Positions 1 through 9,172 of a stretch of 64,000 nucleotides of DNA are shown here, one piece after another; the stretch's first letter is position 1; every line of letters starts with the position of its first letter. Both the position numbers and the translations under genes were made by a program. This stretch comes from Oligoflexia bacterium (GTDB taxonomy: Bacteria > Bdellovibrionota > UBA1018), in contig CAVWVI010000003.1 in NCBI GenBank assembly GCA_963758495.1, positions 1,376,001 through 1,440,000 of the forward strand. The letters run 5' to 3'. Under the pieces are notes generated by a model that was given only the letters and a program-made list of their open reading frames with translations, made no database searches and had not been told where the DNA came from.

Positions 1-808
1 ATTGAGTTGACGCATGATCAGGAACTTTATTGACCGTATCTCCGCCATCCAAGTGGGTAAACCGAATTTCAAAGCCCTGATCTAAGGCACGATGAAGAAA
101 ATCCAACGAAGCAAGAATCGCATTGGTTCCTAAATGTGGATATGAGCTATGTGCAGATTTTCCATATGAAAGCAGATCGATTTTGCGATTGAATCCTCGA
201 GCATCTCTTTCGATCATTTGATATCCAATAGATACACGATAAATATTTAAACATTTATGAGCGTACACTACTTTTAATTCTGACGGTTCTCCAACAAGAA
301 CATATTTTGGATTGAGCGCCATGGACTTAATCAAATATTTTGCTCCAAACATTCCAATTTCTTCACCACAGGTGCCCACTAAATAAATTGGATTCTTCAG
401 TTTTTTTTCTCTAAATTTTTGAACTGCATGTAATTTACAGAGAAAATCCAGTTTTACATCTGCAGTGCCTAATCCAAAAATTTTTCCATCTTTTAGCGTA
501 ATGCCAAAAGGATCCGCCCCTGTTTCGGTCCAATTCTCTTTTATCCCTGGACTGACAGTATCCAAATGAGTATTCAGTAAAAGCCCTTTTCGAATTTTTC
601 GATCGGAAAGAGGATCTCCTAAAACACCAATCACATTAAATTGTCGTTTGGAAATAAGCTCATTTGAATGGGTGACATGCTGAATCTGGGTCTTCAGACC
701 TCGATCTTGCATCAAGGCCGTTACATAATTTGCAATTTCTTCATTCCCATTTACGCTGACAGAATTAATTCTAATAATCCGTTTTGCATCCTCTAAAAAG
801 CGCTTCAT
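1..808 (-). CDS. M20-family metallopeptidase (ArgE/DapE-like), 3' end runs off the window
   Basis: Not in ORF track. Manual translation from ATG at 808: MKRFLEDAKRIIRINSVS...LLNTHLDTV...GLGTADVK...CGEEIG...VGEPS, i.e. the M20 metal-binding motifs HxDTV, DxK, EE and GEP. GGTGG RBS upstream. Confidence 0.85.
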   Translation of the reverse strand, partial: MKRFLEDAKRIIRINSVSVNGNEEIANYVTALMQDRGLKTQIQHVTHSNELISKRQFNVIGVLGDPLSDRKIRKGLLLNTHLDTVSPGIKENWTETGADPFGITLKDGKIFGLGTADVKLDFLCKLHAVQKFREKKLKNPIYLVGTCGEEIGMFGAKYLIKSMALNPKYVLVGEPSELKVVYAHKCLNIYRVSIGYQMIERDARGFNRKIDLLSYGKSAHSSYPHLGTNAILASLDFLHRALDQGFEIRFTHLDGGDTVNKVPDHASTQ

Positions 809-819
809 TTTTTTACCAC

Positions 820-2241
820 CTATTTAAAATTTTTCTGAGCTTTACTTACGTCAAGAAGTGCCGCTTCTATATAAGAACAGACCCGATCTACATCATCCTG
901 CGTCATGACACCCAAAGGTGGGAGCATACGAATAAAATAAGGGCCATGACCACAATAAAAGGCAACAACCCCGTGATCAAAAAGGCGCATTAAAACAGAT
1001 TTAACTTCATTCATAGTTCCGCTGAAGGGGGCGAAGGCGATCATGCCTCCGATCGCTCTTATTTCTTGGATCATACCTTTGCAGGAAGTTAAGGATATCT
1101 TCTCGAGCTGCTGGGTAAAACGTGAGGACAATTGTTCAATTTTACCTTCTTTACCTAAATAGCCTCCCTCAGAAAGCAGTTCAATAACGCGACGAGCTGT
1201 TCGTAACGCTGCAGTACTTCCAGAAAAAGTTCCTGCGACCAACCCAGCTTGAGGATTGTACTCTTCTGTATAGAGAACCATACAGGACTGAAGCATTTTT
1301 CCTAGAGTAACTACATCCATGTACTCATTTAAAAAAAACTTTTGATAGGCAAACATCTCGCCTGTTCGTCCGAAGCTTTGAATTTCATCCGCCCAAATTG
1401 CCAAACCGTACTTTTTCGCTTCTTCAAAAACACGAACATAAAAATCACGAGGGGCATATTGAAATCCCCCTTCCCCTTGAATCAACTCAATCATCAGTGT
1501 AGCAAATTTATCAGGATAGCGAACCAACAACTCACGCATCGCGTTAAGAGTTGCATCGATGCTAGCCTCTAATCCTATTTTTGGATTATAAAAAGGAAGA
1601 TAATGAACTTCTCCATAAACGGGCTGGCCTTGTCTATAACTTGGATTATCTGTAATTTCCTGCATTGCAGTAGACCGCCCTGCAAAGCAATCCTTAAATG
1701 CTAGTACTTTAGTAGCAGGGAATTTTTTTTGTCGAATGATCTTCAAAGCAACTTCATTGACCATCGTCCCACTACACATCAACCAGCCATGCTTGAGCCG
1801 ACTTCCTGCACCTACTTGAGCAAGAACTGCAGTCAAAACGGCCTTCATTTCAATGCCAGGCTCTAAATTCCCTTGCATCACATCAGATGGCAAACCATCA
1901 ATCATTTCTTCGATCATTGCGGGATGGGAATGACCAAAAAAATTAATCCCAATCCCAGTAATCATATCGAATTTGACACTACCATCCAGTAATTCAATCA
2001 GAGGGCCGTTACCTAATCCCGAAGCTAAAAACGGAAAATAGAGGTCCCTTCCCCGATCCTGACAAAACTCACGGATCTCTTTCAGATAGGCTTCCCTTAA
2101 TTCCGGAGAAGAAGCACATGGCTTCACCCCTTTCAGCTTTGAACTTCCCTCAAAAATAGCTGCAAGAAGTTCTTTTTTTGCTGAAAGAAAACGAGGGGAT
2201 TTCCGTAAAGTGGCGGATTCAGTCGTCAGCTCAAGTCTCAT
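820..2241 (-). CDS. PLP-dependent class III aminotransferase (ArgD/GabT-like)
   Basis: Motifs FGHSHP, FAGRS, ELIQGEGG, DEIQSFGRTG, TLGK (PLP lysine), GTFSG. Confidence 0.88.
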   Translation of the reverse strand: MRLELTTESATLRKSPRFLSAKKELLAAIFEGSSKLKGVKPCASSPELREAYLKEIREFCQDRGRDLYFPFLASGLGNGPLIELLDGSVKFDMITGIGINFFGHSHPAMIEEMIDGLPSDVMQGNLEPGIEMKAVLTAVLAQVGAGSRLKHGWLMCSGTMVNEVALKIIRQKKFPATKVLAFKDCFAGRSTAMQEITDNPSYRQGQPVYGEVHYLPFYNPKIGLEASIDATLNAMRELLVRYPDKFATLMIELIQGEGGFQYAPRDFYVRVFEEAKKYGLAIWADEIQSFGRTGEMFAYQKFFLNEYMDVVTLGKMLQSCMVLYTEEYNPQAGLVAGTFSGSTAALRTARRVIELLSEGGYLGKEGKIEQLSSRFTQQLEKISLTSCKGMIQEIRAIGGMIAFAPFSGTMNEVKSVLMRLFDHGVVAFYCGHGPYFIRMLPPLGVMTQDDVDRVCSYIEAALLDVSKAQKNFK

Positions 2242-2312
2242 ATGAAAAGCTCCAATGAAATAATCAGGATGAACGGCACTCGGGTGTTCTAGAATACTTT
2301 TCCTGAAATATC

Positions 2313-3170
2313 ATGAAGTTATTTTTGTTGCAAGATCCTGCCCTGGACGAGTATTTTCACAAAATGGCTGGCCCAATAGTTTGTATCATTCGCATTTTCC
2401 GCATTTTTATGATTTCGACTCTACTTCTAGGTAGTAGCTATCCAGTCTACGGATCTGAGTGGCAAGATACCAAAGCTCTCTATGATTCAGGTAAATATGA
2501 GGAAGCGCTTCAAACTCTCCAGAAGAACCCTCGCAGTGACTTCAGTTACAATTACAATCTAGGCACCATCTACTTTCGAATGGGACAACTCGGTAGCGCA
2601 GTCGCCTATTTAGAAAAAGCGAATCGCAATCATCCTCATGATCCAGATATTCAGTTTAATCTCTCTGTCGCAAAATCAGCTCTTGGACGATCCATTGGCG
2701 CTGATCACCTCGACCCATCCTCTAATGGGTTTGAACAAATTGCGGATCGAATTTCTTTAGATGAAGTGCGCGCAATATTAGGATTACTGGGAATGATCGT
2801 CGTGCTCCTTTGGATTCGCGTCTACCTCAACACTAGAAATATACAAATGACTTTTCTGCAGCCCGCTGGACTTTTAGTACTTTTAGGGTTTTCCATGACT
2901 TTCGGAATTTACGCCATTCAACGGTATACAGCGGACCATCCTTCCGCTATTTGTTTGGAAAAAGGGATGATACGAAGCGGACCTGGTGACAATTATATTG
3001 AATTAGCCCAAACAGAGGCCGGATCAAAACTGCGACTCCTGGGTCCCTCTGCTTCAGATCAAAATCATTCGAATCCGATTGCTTCCAAACCTCCAGAAGT
3101 TTGGCAACAAGTTCGTTATTCAGTTGATGGTATAGGATGGATTAAGGCATCACATCTTTTGGTCCTATAA
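2313..3170 (+). CDS. BatE-like TPR membrane protein with C-terminal SH3-like domain
   Basis: TPR (YNLGTIYFRMGQLGSAVAYLEKA), two TM helices, IRSGPG...WQQV...GWI SH3b pattern. True start may be further downstream. Confidence 0.7.
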   Translation: MKLFLLQDPALDEYFHKMAGPIVCIIRIFRIFMISTLLLGSSYPVYGSEWQDTKALYDSGKYEEALQTLQKNPRSDFSYNYNLGTIYFRMGQLGSAVAYLEKANRNHPHDPDIQFNLSVAKSALGRSIGADHLDPSSNGFEQIADRISLDEVRAILGLLGMIVVLLWIRVYLNTRNIQMTFLQPAGLLVLLGFSMTFGIYAIQRYTADHPSAICLEKGMIRSGPGDNYIELAQTEAGSKLRLLGPSASDQNHSNPIASKPPEVWQQVRYSVDGIGWIKASHLLVL

Positions 3171-3171
3171 A

Positions 3172-3891
3172 TTGGTAAATATGAGGTATTTAACTATGCA
3201 AAAGCTCATTAGCTTGACTTTAACACTCGCCTTTTTGTTTCTATTTTCTAATTGCTCTACAACTCCAGTCGATGAAAATGATCCGGGCGCCCTCTTAAAA
3301 GAGGCCGAGTCTGAAATCAACAGCGATCACTATATTATTGCTATTGATAAGCTGAGAGTGATTAAAAATAAGTTCCCCTATTCGAAATATGCAATTGATG
3401 CCCAATTGAGGATAGCAGATGTTTACTTTTTACAGGAATCCTATGCTGAAGCTGCTGCATCCTACGAAGCTTTCAAAGATCTTCATCCAAAACACGAAAA
3501 AGCTTCATATGCGGTATTTCGAGCTGCAAAGTCCTATTATCATGACATGCCCAGCACGGTCGCCAGAGATCTCACAACTGCCCATAAAGCACAAAGTACA
3601 TATAATGATTTTTTAAGACTTTATCCCGGAGCACCTGAAGCAGTCGAAGCTCAAAAAGACCTGGCTGAGGTCCGAAATCTCCTCGCCCAAAAAGAACTCT
3701 ATGTAGGGGATTTTTATTTTAATAGGAATTTATACGATTCTGCTAAACCTCGTTATGAAAAGGTTATAGGATTATATCCAGAGACTGATACTGCCAAATC
3801 AGCTCAAGAGAAATTAGCTCAAATTGAGTTAAAAACCAAAAAGGAGGCTTCTTCTCAAAATGCAGAATCTCCCAAGTCCACAATCAAATGA
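3172..3891 (+). CDS. bamD: outer membrane protein assembly lipoprotein BamD
   Basis: Lipobox LFSNC, FPYSKYA, TPR repeats, LAQKELYVGDFY. Start probably at a downstream Met. Confidence 0.85.
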   Translation: MVNMRYLTMQKLISLTLTLAFLFLFSNCSTTPVDENDPGALLKEAESEINSDHYIIAIDKLRVIKNKFPYSKYAIDAQLRIADVYFLQESYAEAAASYEAFKDLHPKHEKASYAVFRAAKSYYHDMPSTVARDLTTAHKAQSTYNDFLRLYPGAPEAVEAQKDLAEVRNLLAQKELYVGDFYFNRNLYDSAKPRYEKVIGLYPETDTAKSAQEKLAQIELKTKKEASSQNAESPKSTIK

Positions 3892-4639
3892 TCATTTAAG
3901 CGATCGACACATCCAGGACCTTCTTTCTCGCCGGAACTTTTCTCAAGCAGAAACCCTGATTCGTCAACGCTTAAAAAAGGAACCTCATAGCCCTGATGTT
4001 CATTATTTACTCGGTGTTATGTATTACTTTCAAGGGAACGTGAGTCAAACTGTAGAAAATCTCCGCAAAGCGCTTTCAATCGATCCAAGACATACGGACG
4101 CAGCTATCTGCCTATCCGTATTATTCAATGATATTGGAAAATATGATGACGCCAAAAAGGTCTTCGAGCAAGCGAATCATTCGGTAGTTCATAAGCAAAC
4201 TGGAGGAGACCCTGGAATTGATCGAAAATTTGCAGTTAAGCATTTAGAACTCGCTGATCTTTATTTCCGCTATCGTCGTTATGATGAAGCTATCGAGGAA
4301 TATAGTAAAGCGATACGTCTTGATCCAACAACTCTGGATATTCGAATTCGTAGGGCAAAAGCTTATGCTAAAAAGGGCTTCTTAACTCGCTCCATTCAAG
4401 AACTCCAACAACTCAAACGAGAGCAACCTTATTTCATTCCCGCACGCATTCAGCTCGGTTTACTCCACTACAGTCAAGGCAATGTCCTTGATGCAGAACT
4501 GGAGTGGGAAAATATCGTTGCAATCGAACCCGAAAATCGGGAAGCCCTTGCCTATCTTCAAATGGCCAAAAAAACTAGAGCGAATCCAACAGGTAATCCA
4601 GAATCTTTCCCAGACGCTATGAATCACCTGATCAGATAA
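3860..4639 (+). CDS. TPR repeat protein
   Basis: Multiple TPR units (HYLLGVMYY...ALSIDP; AIRLDP; IVAIEP). Confidence 0.8.
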   Translation: MQNLPSPQSNDHLSDRHIQDLLSRRNFSQAETLIRQRLKKEPHSPDVHYLLGVMYYFQGNVSQTVENLRKALSIDPRHTDAAICLSVLFNDIGKYDDAKKVFEQANHSVVHKQTGGDPGIDRKFAVKHLELADLYFRYRRYDEAIEEYSKAIRLDPTTLDIRIRRAKAYAKKGFLTRSIQELQQLKREQPYFIPARIQLGLLHYSQGNVLDAELEWENIVAIEPENREALAYLQMAKKTRANPTGNPESFPDAMNHLIR

Positions 4640-4642
4640 AAC

Positions 4643-6244
4643 TCATTTTGCGGTTGGAACTATCGAAGTCAGTGTTCCTATTGTCTTAAGAAATTGAATT
4701 TCACTTTCCAACTCTAAAGGATTATTTGAATTTAATTTTAAAATCTTGGATCTAATCGCCCCACCTGGATCTATGAAAGTAATTTTTTTAGATATTGGAG
4801 CCGAATGGCCTTTTCCTCGAAGTGATTTCTCACAAATGTAATTCATCCCTTCTTCGAACTGTTTGGAATTGATTCTTTTGGAAGGATCGGTGTTCACTGC
4901 TGCAGCTATGAGATGCTCAAAAGGGTCTAAGGCGGGGCTTTCAGCTTCTTCTTTGATGAAGTGATTGAGTGCAGCACTTTGACACTTCAAAAAATCACTA
5001 TAAAGATGACGCTCATCATCAATGAGGTTTTCGCATTTTGTTACCCAACTTTCCTGATCTGGTTTCATCATTTGATAAGCAATAGTAGCAGCAGCATAGA
5101 CATCAGTCTTAAAAACGTTTTCTTTTTTTTCGGTCTCATTCAGTCCATTCCAATATAGATTGTCTTGACCTGAATCCACTAACATTTTGAGAAACTCTGG
5201 AGCATGCATTCGTGTAGTCCCTCCTTTGAAGATTCTGGGTTCTTTATTACGAATGCTTTCCTCTGGATAATCACTTGTATCAAAATCACTAATGGCTAAT
5301 TTTGGCTTTTTAGCCGCTAAGTTCACTAAAATATTTTCTTCTTTTAAATCTCCATGGTGAATCCCTAGCTCATGAAGTTTTCTAAGCCCTACGCTAAGTT
5401 GATGGATCAGATCTAGTCGTTGAAGGTTTGTAATTTTTTGAAATTCATTTGTTTCAACCATTGCATTAAATAGATCTTGAGCATACATCGTTTGAATAAT
5501 CTGATCTTCTCCTACGTGATAAGTTTCAACAATGCCCGTGAGTTCTTTGGCTGGAATATCCATGATCTTTTTTAGAATTTTTTGTTCATTGATGAACTGT
5601 GGAGCTCTATCGCTCCGCTTAGGTTTGAGGGTGAGCCTTGCCAATTTCGACCAACTTCCATAGGAAGTGATTTGGTGGGCGATTTTAGTAGCGCCATTCC
5701 CCAATGGGACGGGTTCAAATTCTAAATAGATTCTACCTTTCTCATCTAATTCAAAAACCACGGGTGTGGTCTTCCCCTGTTTATTGCGAATAATGAAAGG
5801 CGCCGGCACTTCTGTGCCCGCTCTCCACTGTTCTTGATTGGACTCAATATAGTCGATAAGCCTATAAACTTCAGAAGGATTGATATCTGATTTATAGATA
5901 CTATCTATCTTTTTTAATGCTTTTAGAAAATTATTTTCAAGGGCGGGCAGTTTAGTCTGTGGAGTAACTTGAGCGGAAGAGTGAAACGAAATACAGGAAT
6001 GATTTGGAGTTTGGTGAATCACTTTTAGAGAATGTAGATATTTTTTGAGAAATTCAAGTTCTTGAATCACTTGAGCATCTTCAGTTTTATTTTTTTGGAG
6101 TTCCTCTATCTTCTTTCCTGTCTTGCTGAGCTCCATGTCTGATTGCAATTGAATCTCTGAAAAACAAGGAGGAATCAGAGTAACCCAAAAGAAGAGGAAG
6201 CAAATGAATATTTTTTTTGGAGATAAGATTATATTTGACACCAT
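4643..6244 (-). CDS. secreted Hanks-type (eukaryotic-like) protein kinase, paralog A
   Basis: N-terminal hydrophobic signal. LGNGATK loop, HGDLKEENIL, DFD, HAPE, DVYA, DPSKR. Confidence 0.85.
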   Translation of the reverse strand: MVSNIILSPKKIFICFLFFWVTLIPPCFSEIQLQSDMELSKTGKKIEELQKNKTEDAQVIQELEFLKKYLHSLKVIHQTPNHSCISFHSSAQVTPQTKLPALENNFLKALKKIDSIYKSDINPSEVYRLIDYIESNQEQWRAGTEVPAPFIIRNKQGKTTPVVFELDEKGRIYLEFEPVPLGNGATKIAHQITSYGSWSKLARLTLKPKRSDRAPQFINEQKILKKIMDIPAKELTGIVETYHVGEDQIIQTMYAQDLFNAMVETNEFQKITNLQRLDLIHQLSVGLRKLHELGIHHGDLKEENILVNLAAKKPKLAISDFDTSDYPEESIRNKEPRIFKGGTTRMHAPEFLKMLVDSGQDNLYWNGLNETEKKENVFKTDVYAAATIAYQMMKPDQESWVTKCENLIDDERHLYSDFLKCQSAALNHFIKEEAESPALDPFEHLIAAAVNTDPSKRINSKQFEEGMNYICEKSLRGKGHSAPISKKITFIDPGGAIRSKILKLNSNNPLELESEIQFLKTIGTLTSIVPTAK

Positions 6245-6268
6245 AATGGTAAGTAGTTCCTTTAGGAC

Positions 6269-6295
6269 TTATCGGAAAACAGGAAAGACTCTGTA
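6269..6295 (-). promoter_or_regulatory. putative sigma-28 (FliA) promoter for kinase A
   Basis: TACA-N15-TCCGATAA on the minus strand vs consensus TAAA-N15-GCCGATAA. Confidence 0.4.
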
Positions 6296-6304
6296 GGTCA
6301 AAAT

Positions 6305-6331
6305 TAAATAATTTTTAAATTTATCCGATAA
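6305..6331 (+). promoter_or_regulatory. putative sigma-28 (FliA) promoter for kinase B
   Basis: TAAA-N15-TCCGATAA. It ends only 6 nt before the ATG, which implies a leaderless transcript or a later start. Confidence 0.4.
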
Positions 6332-6337
6332 GCCAAT

Positions 6338-8263
6338 ATGAGGTTTAAGGCTAGACAATTATCTCAAATAACATTCTTTTGCTTTCTAGTCTCTTGCATT
6401 ACCCCCATTTATCCGTGTTTTTCAGAAACCCCTTTAAATTTTGAACAGGAGCGAGCTTCTACTCTCAAAAAAATAAAAACGCTTCGCGAAAAAAGAGAAG
6501 GAATTGTGTGGAGAGCACAAATGCTTTCAAATAGAAACAAAGGTCAAGATGATCAAGTTCTCCAAGAAATCAAGATACTTAACAAATATTTACAAACTCT
6601 CCAAGCACTCAGTCAAAACCCAAACCAACCCTGTATTTTATCTCAATCTACATCCCCCTCACCTACTGTAAATGATGATTTATCTTCTATTGATAGAAAT
6701 TTTTTAATCGCATTAGAGAATATAGATCAGGTCTATAAATCAGAGATCAATCCTTCCGAGATATACAAACTCATTCATTATATTGAATCTAATAAAGAAA
6801 CCTGGTTCGCTAACGCTAAAAAGAAAGTGCTCCCTCTTCCATTTATTTTTCGTACTAAATCAGGAAAAACTACTTCGGTAGGTTTTTCGATAGATAGAAA
6901 AAATAGAATCTATTTAGAGTTTGAAGATAGCTTACTGGGAAAAGGTGCCACAAAGATCGCCCACCAAATCACGGCTTATGGAAGTTGGACCAATTTAGCG
7001 AGGATTAAACTCCGAGATACTAAAAAAGATGCCAGGTCCCAATTTGAAAATGAGCAAAGAATGTTAGGAATTATTTCCAATCTTCCCAGCACGGAACAAA
7101 TAGGGCTAGTAGAAACTTACCATTTAGGGAGCGAACAAATCATACAAACCATGTACCCTCAAGACTTAAAGGCAATCATGGAGGATCAAAAACAACTCAA
7201 AAAGCTGCCAACACAACAAAAACTAGAACTGATCCATCAACTCAGCTTAGGACTAAAGACATTGCACGAGTCTGGCATTAACCATGCCGATTTAAAGCCT
7301 GCAAATATCTTAATAGACTTAACAAAACAGAATCCCAAACTAGCTATTAACGACTTTGATCTAGCTTACCTACCTAAAGAACACATGAATGAAGACAGAC
7401 CTGCGGACGGTACTCCTTATATGATGGCTCCAGAAATACTCAAGGAGTTCATAAGTTCAGATCCCGACTTCACAAGTTCAGATTCCAATCAGAGCACATG
7501 GAAGAACACTTGGAGTGGAATCACGAATGAAGAAAGAATAGAAAATGCATTAAAAAGCGATACCTATGCTGCTGCAACCATCGCCTATCAAATGATGAAA
7601 CCAGGCAATACCAATTGGATCAAGGAATGCGTAGGCCCAGATGATAAGAGTAATCTTTATAAAGATTTTATAAAGTGTCAAAGTGTTGTTCTCAATCGCT
7701 TCATCAAAGAAGAATCTAAAAACCCGGTTTTAGACCCTTTTGACCACCTCATAGCGGCTGCTGTAAATCCAGATCCCCTACTCAGAATTACTTCAAAGGT
7801 GTTTGAAGAAGGGGTCGCCTATTTGCAATCCAGGTCTGAAATAAATCCGACGATGTCTTCCATTTCAGCGAAGTCTCCCATTTCGATGAGGTCTTCCACT
7901 TCGGCGAGACCTTCCACTTCGACAATGTCTTCCACTTCGACAAGGCGTCCCCCTTCACTGTCTTATTATGCTCAAATGACAGATTCCGATGCACAAGCAA
8001 GCATTAAAGGCCGAAATGCCGGTACTTATTTAGTTCACAGGGGTGAAGCTACTGAGAAGGATAGCCTAACTCTTACATTTATAGATCGGCAGGGGCTTCC
8101 TAGATCCAAACTATTAAAAATAAATCCAAATCAGCCCCTAGAATTGCAAAATGAAATTCAGTTTCTTACGGCCATAGGCACTCTCAAAACAACATTTGGA
8201 AATTACATCACACCCGCCCAAAATACCGGTAAGATAAAACTGGATCCTTTAAAAAATGAGTAA
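6338..8263 (+). CDS. secreted Hanks-type protein kinase, paralog B, with S/T-rich linker and SH2-like C-terminal domain
   Basis: Signal peptide. LGKGATK, HADLKPANIL, DFD, GTPYMMAPE, DTYA. C-terminal YYAQMTDSDAQASIKGRNAGTYLVHRG...LTLTF. Confidence 0.85.
   Translation: MRFKARQLSQITFFCFLVSCITPIYPCFSETPLNFEQERASTLKKIKTLREKREGIVWRAQMLSNRNKGQDDQVLQEIKILNKYLQTLQALSQNPNQPCILSQSTSPSPTVNDDLSSIDRNFLIALENIDQVYKSEINPSEIYKLIHYIESNKETWFANAKKKVLPLPFIFRTKSGKTTSVGFSIDRKNRIYLEFEDSLLGKGATKIAHQITAYGSWTNLARIKLRDTKKDARSQFENEQRMLGIISNLPSTEQIGLVETYHLGSEQIIQTMYPQDLKAIMEDQKQLKKLPTQQKLELIHQLSLGLKTLHESGINHADLKPANILIDLTKQNPKLAINDFDLAYLPKEHMNEDRPADGTPYMMAPEILKEFISSDPDFTSSDSNQSTWKNTWSGITNEERIENALKSDTYAAATIAYQMMKPGNTNWIKECVGPDDKSNLYKDFIKCQSVVLNRFIKEESKNPVLDPFDHLIAAAVNPDPLLRITSKVFEEGVAYLQSRSEINPTMSSISAKSPISMRSSTSARPSTSTMSSTSTRRPPSLSYYAQMTDSDAQASIKGRNAGTYLVHRGEATEKDSLTLTFIDRQGLPRSKLLKINPNQPLELQNEIQFLTAIGTLKTTFGNYITPAQNTGKIKLDPLKNE
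7850..7939 (+). repeat. 5 x 18-bp degenerate coding tandem repeat (TMSSIS/AKSPIS/MRSSTS/ARPSTS/TMSSTS)
   Basis: Units acgatgtcttccatttca, gcgaagtctcccatttcg, atgaggtcttccacttcg, gcgagaccttccacttcg, acaatgtcttccacttcg. Confidence 0.85.
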
Positions 8264-8355
8264 GCATTCAAGTCACAACTCAAGCCAAGAAGGGCTTTTG
8301 TTGTGGCCTGTTTCCTGTGGCCTGAATACTTACAAAAATTATAAATAATAAAATT

Positions 8356-8914
8356 TCAACAATTTAAACTCTTGACGGTCAAAGACGGCGGAATATTTTT
8401 AATAGAAATGGCCGAACTCCCCATCTCTTCAAGCTCATTGGCAATGCCCACGCTCTTTTGGGCATTCAGAGTTACGAGATGCGCTCTCAGCTCTTTAAAC
8501 ATCTCATGTTTAATGCTGTATTCATTTTCCTGAAGCACCACTTGCTTCGCAATTTGCTGTTTCAAGTTAATGACAAGCGGAGCTTTCAAATTGGCAGTCA
8601 TTTTTGTAATATCTTCAGAAATGGTCAGGATTGAAAAGACTGCTGATTGATTCACATTTTCCAATTTGAGTTCTCGGAGCTCTGCCGCAGAAAGACGCAC
8701 TGCATAATCCGGTTTAAATAGCTTCGGCTCTAAAAGCGGAAATGCTATTTCTGGATTCTCCAAAGACTGGAGCCATAAAATAAAAATTTCATCGCCAGGA
8801 TCAACCAAACAAAATTTCTTATACTCCGGGAATCCTAAAATCCCCTGAGGAATCTGAATTGTTTCGTCGATCACCGACCTTGAGCTGTCCAAAACGTCCT
8901 GTTTTTATGATCAC
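8356..8914 (-). CDS. fliW: flagellar assembly factor FliW (apparent +1 frameshift near 8870)
   Basis: GILGFP...WLQS...TANLKAPLVIN motifs, adjacent to csrA. Canonical N-terminus MIIKTGRFGQLKV starts at GTG 8914 in a different frame from the body. Confidence 0.88.
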
Positions 8915-8947
8915 GCTCACCCTCTTGGTTTAGTTCTGGGTTTCAAC

Positions 8948-9172
8948 CTACCCCTTTAAAACCTTTGATACCTGGGCCATCGCTATGGGAGCCTTCACAG
9001 CTTCCTTATTTTGTTCCTGAATAGCTGCATAGACTTCCTCACGATGAATTTTTGTTTCTTTAGGGGCTTGGATTCCCAAGCGAACTTGTTTGCCTTTAAT
9101 TTGAACCACTACAACTTTGATGTGGTCATCAATAGCAATGCTTTCCCCCAGCTTTCGGGTCAATACTAACAT
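8948..9172 (-). CDS. csrA: carbon storage regulator CsrA
   Basis: MLVLTRKLGESIAI...VRLGIQAPKETKIHREEVY. Confidence 0.97.
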   Translation of the reverse strand: MLVLTRKLGESIAIDDHIKVVVVQIKGKQVRLGIQAPKETKIHREEVYAAIQEQNKEAVKAPIAMAQVSKVLKG

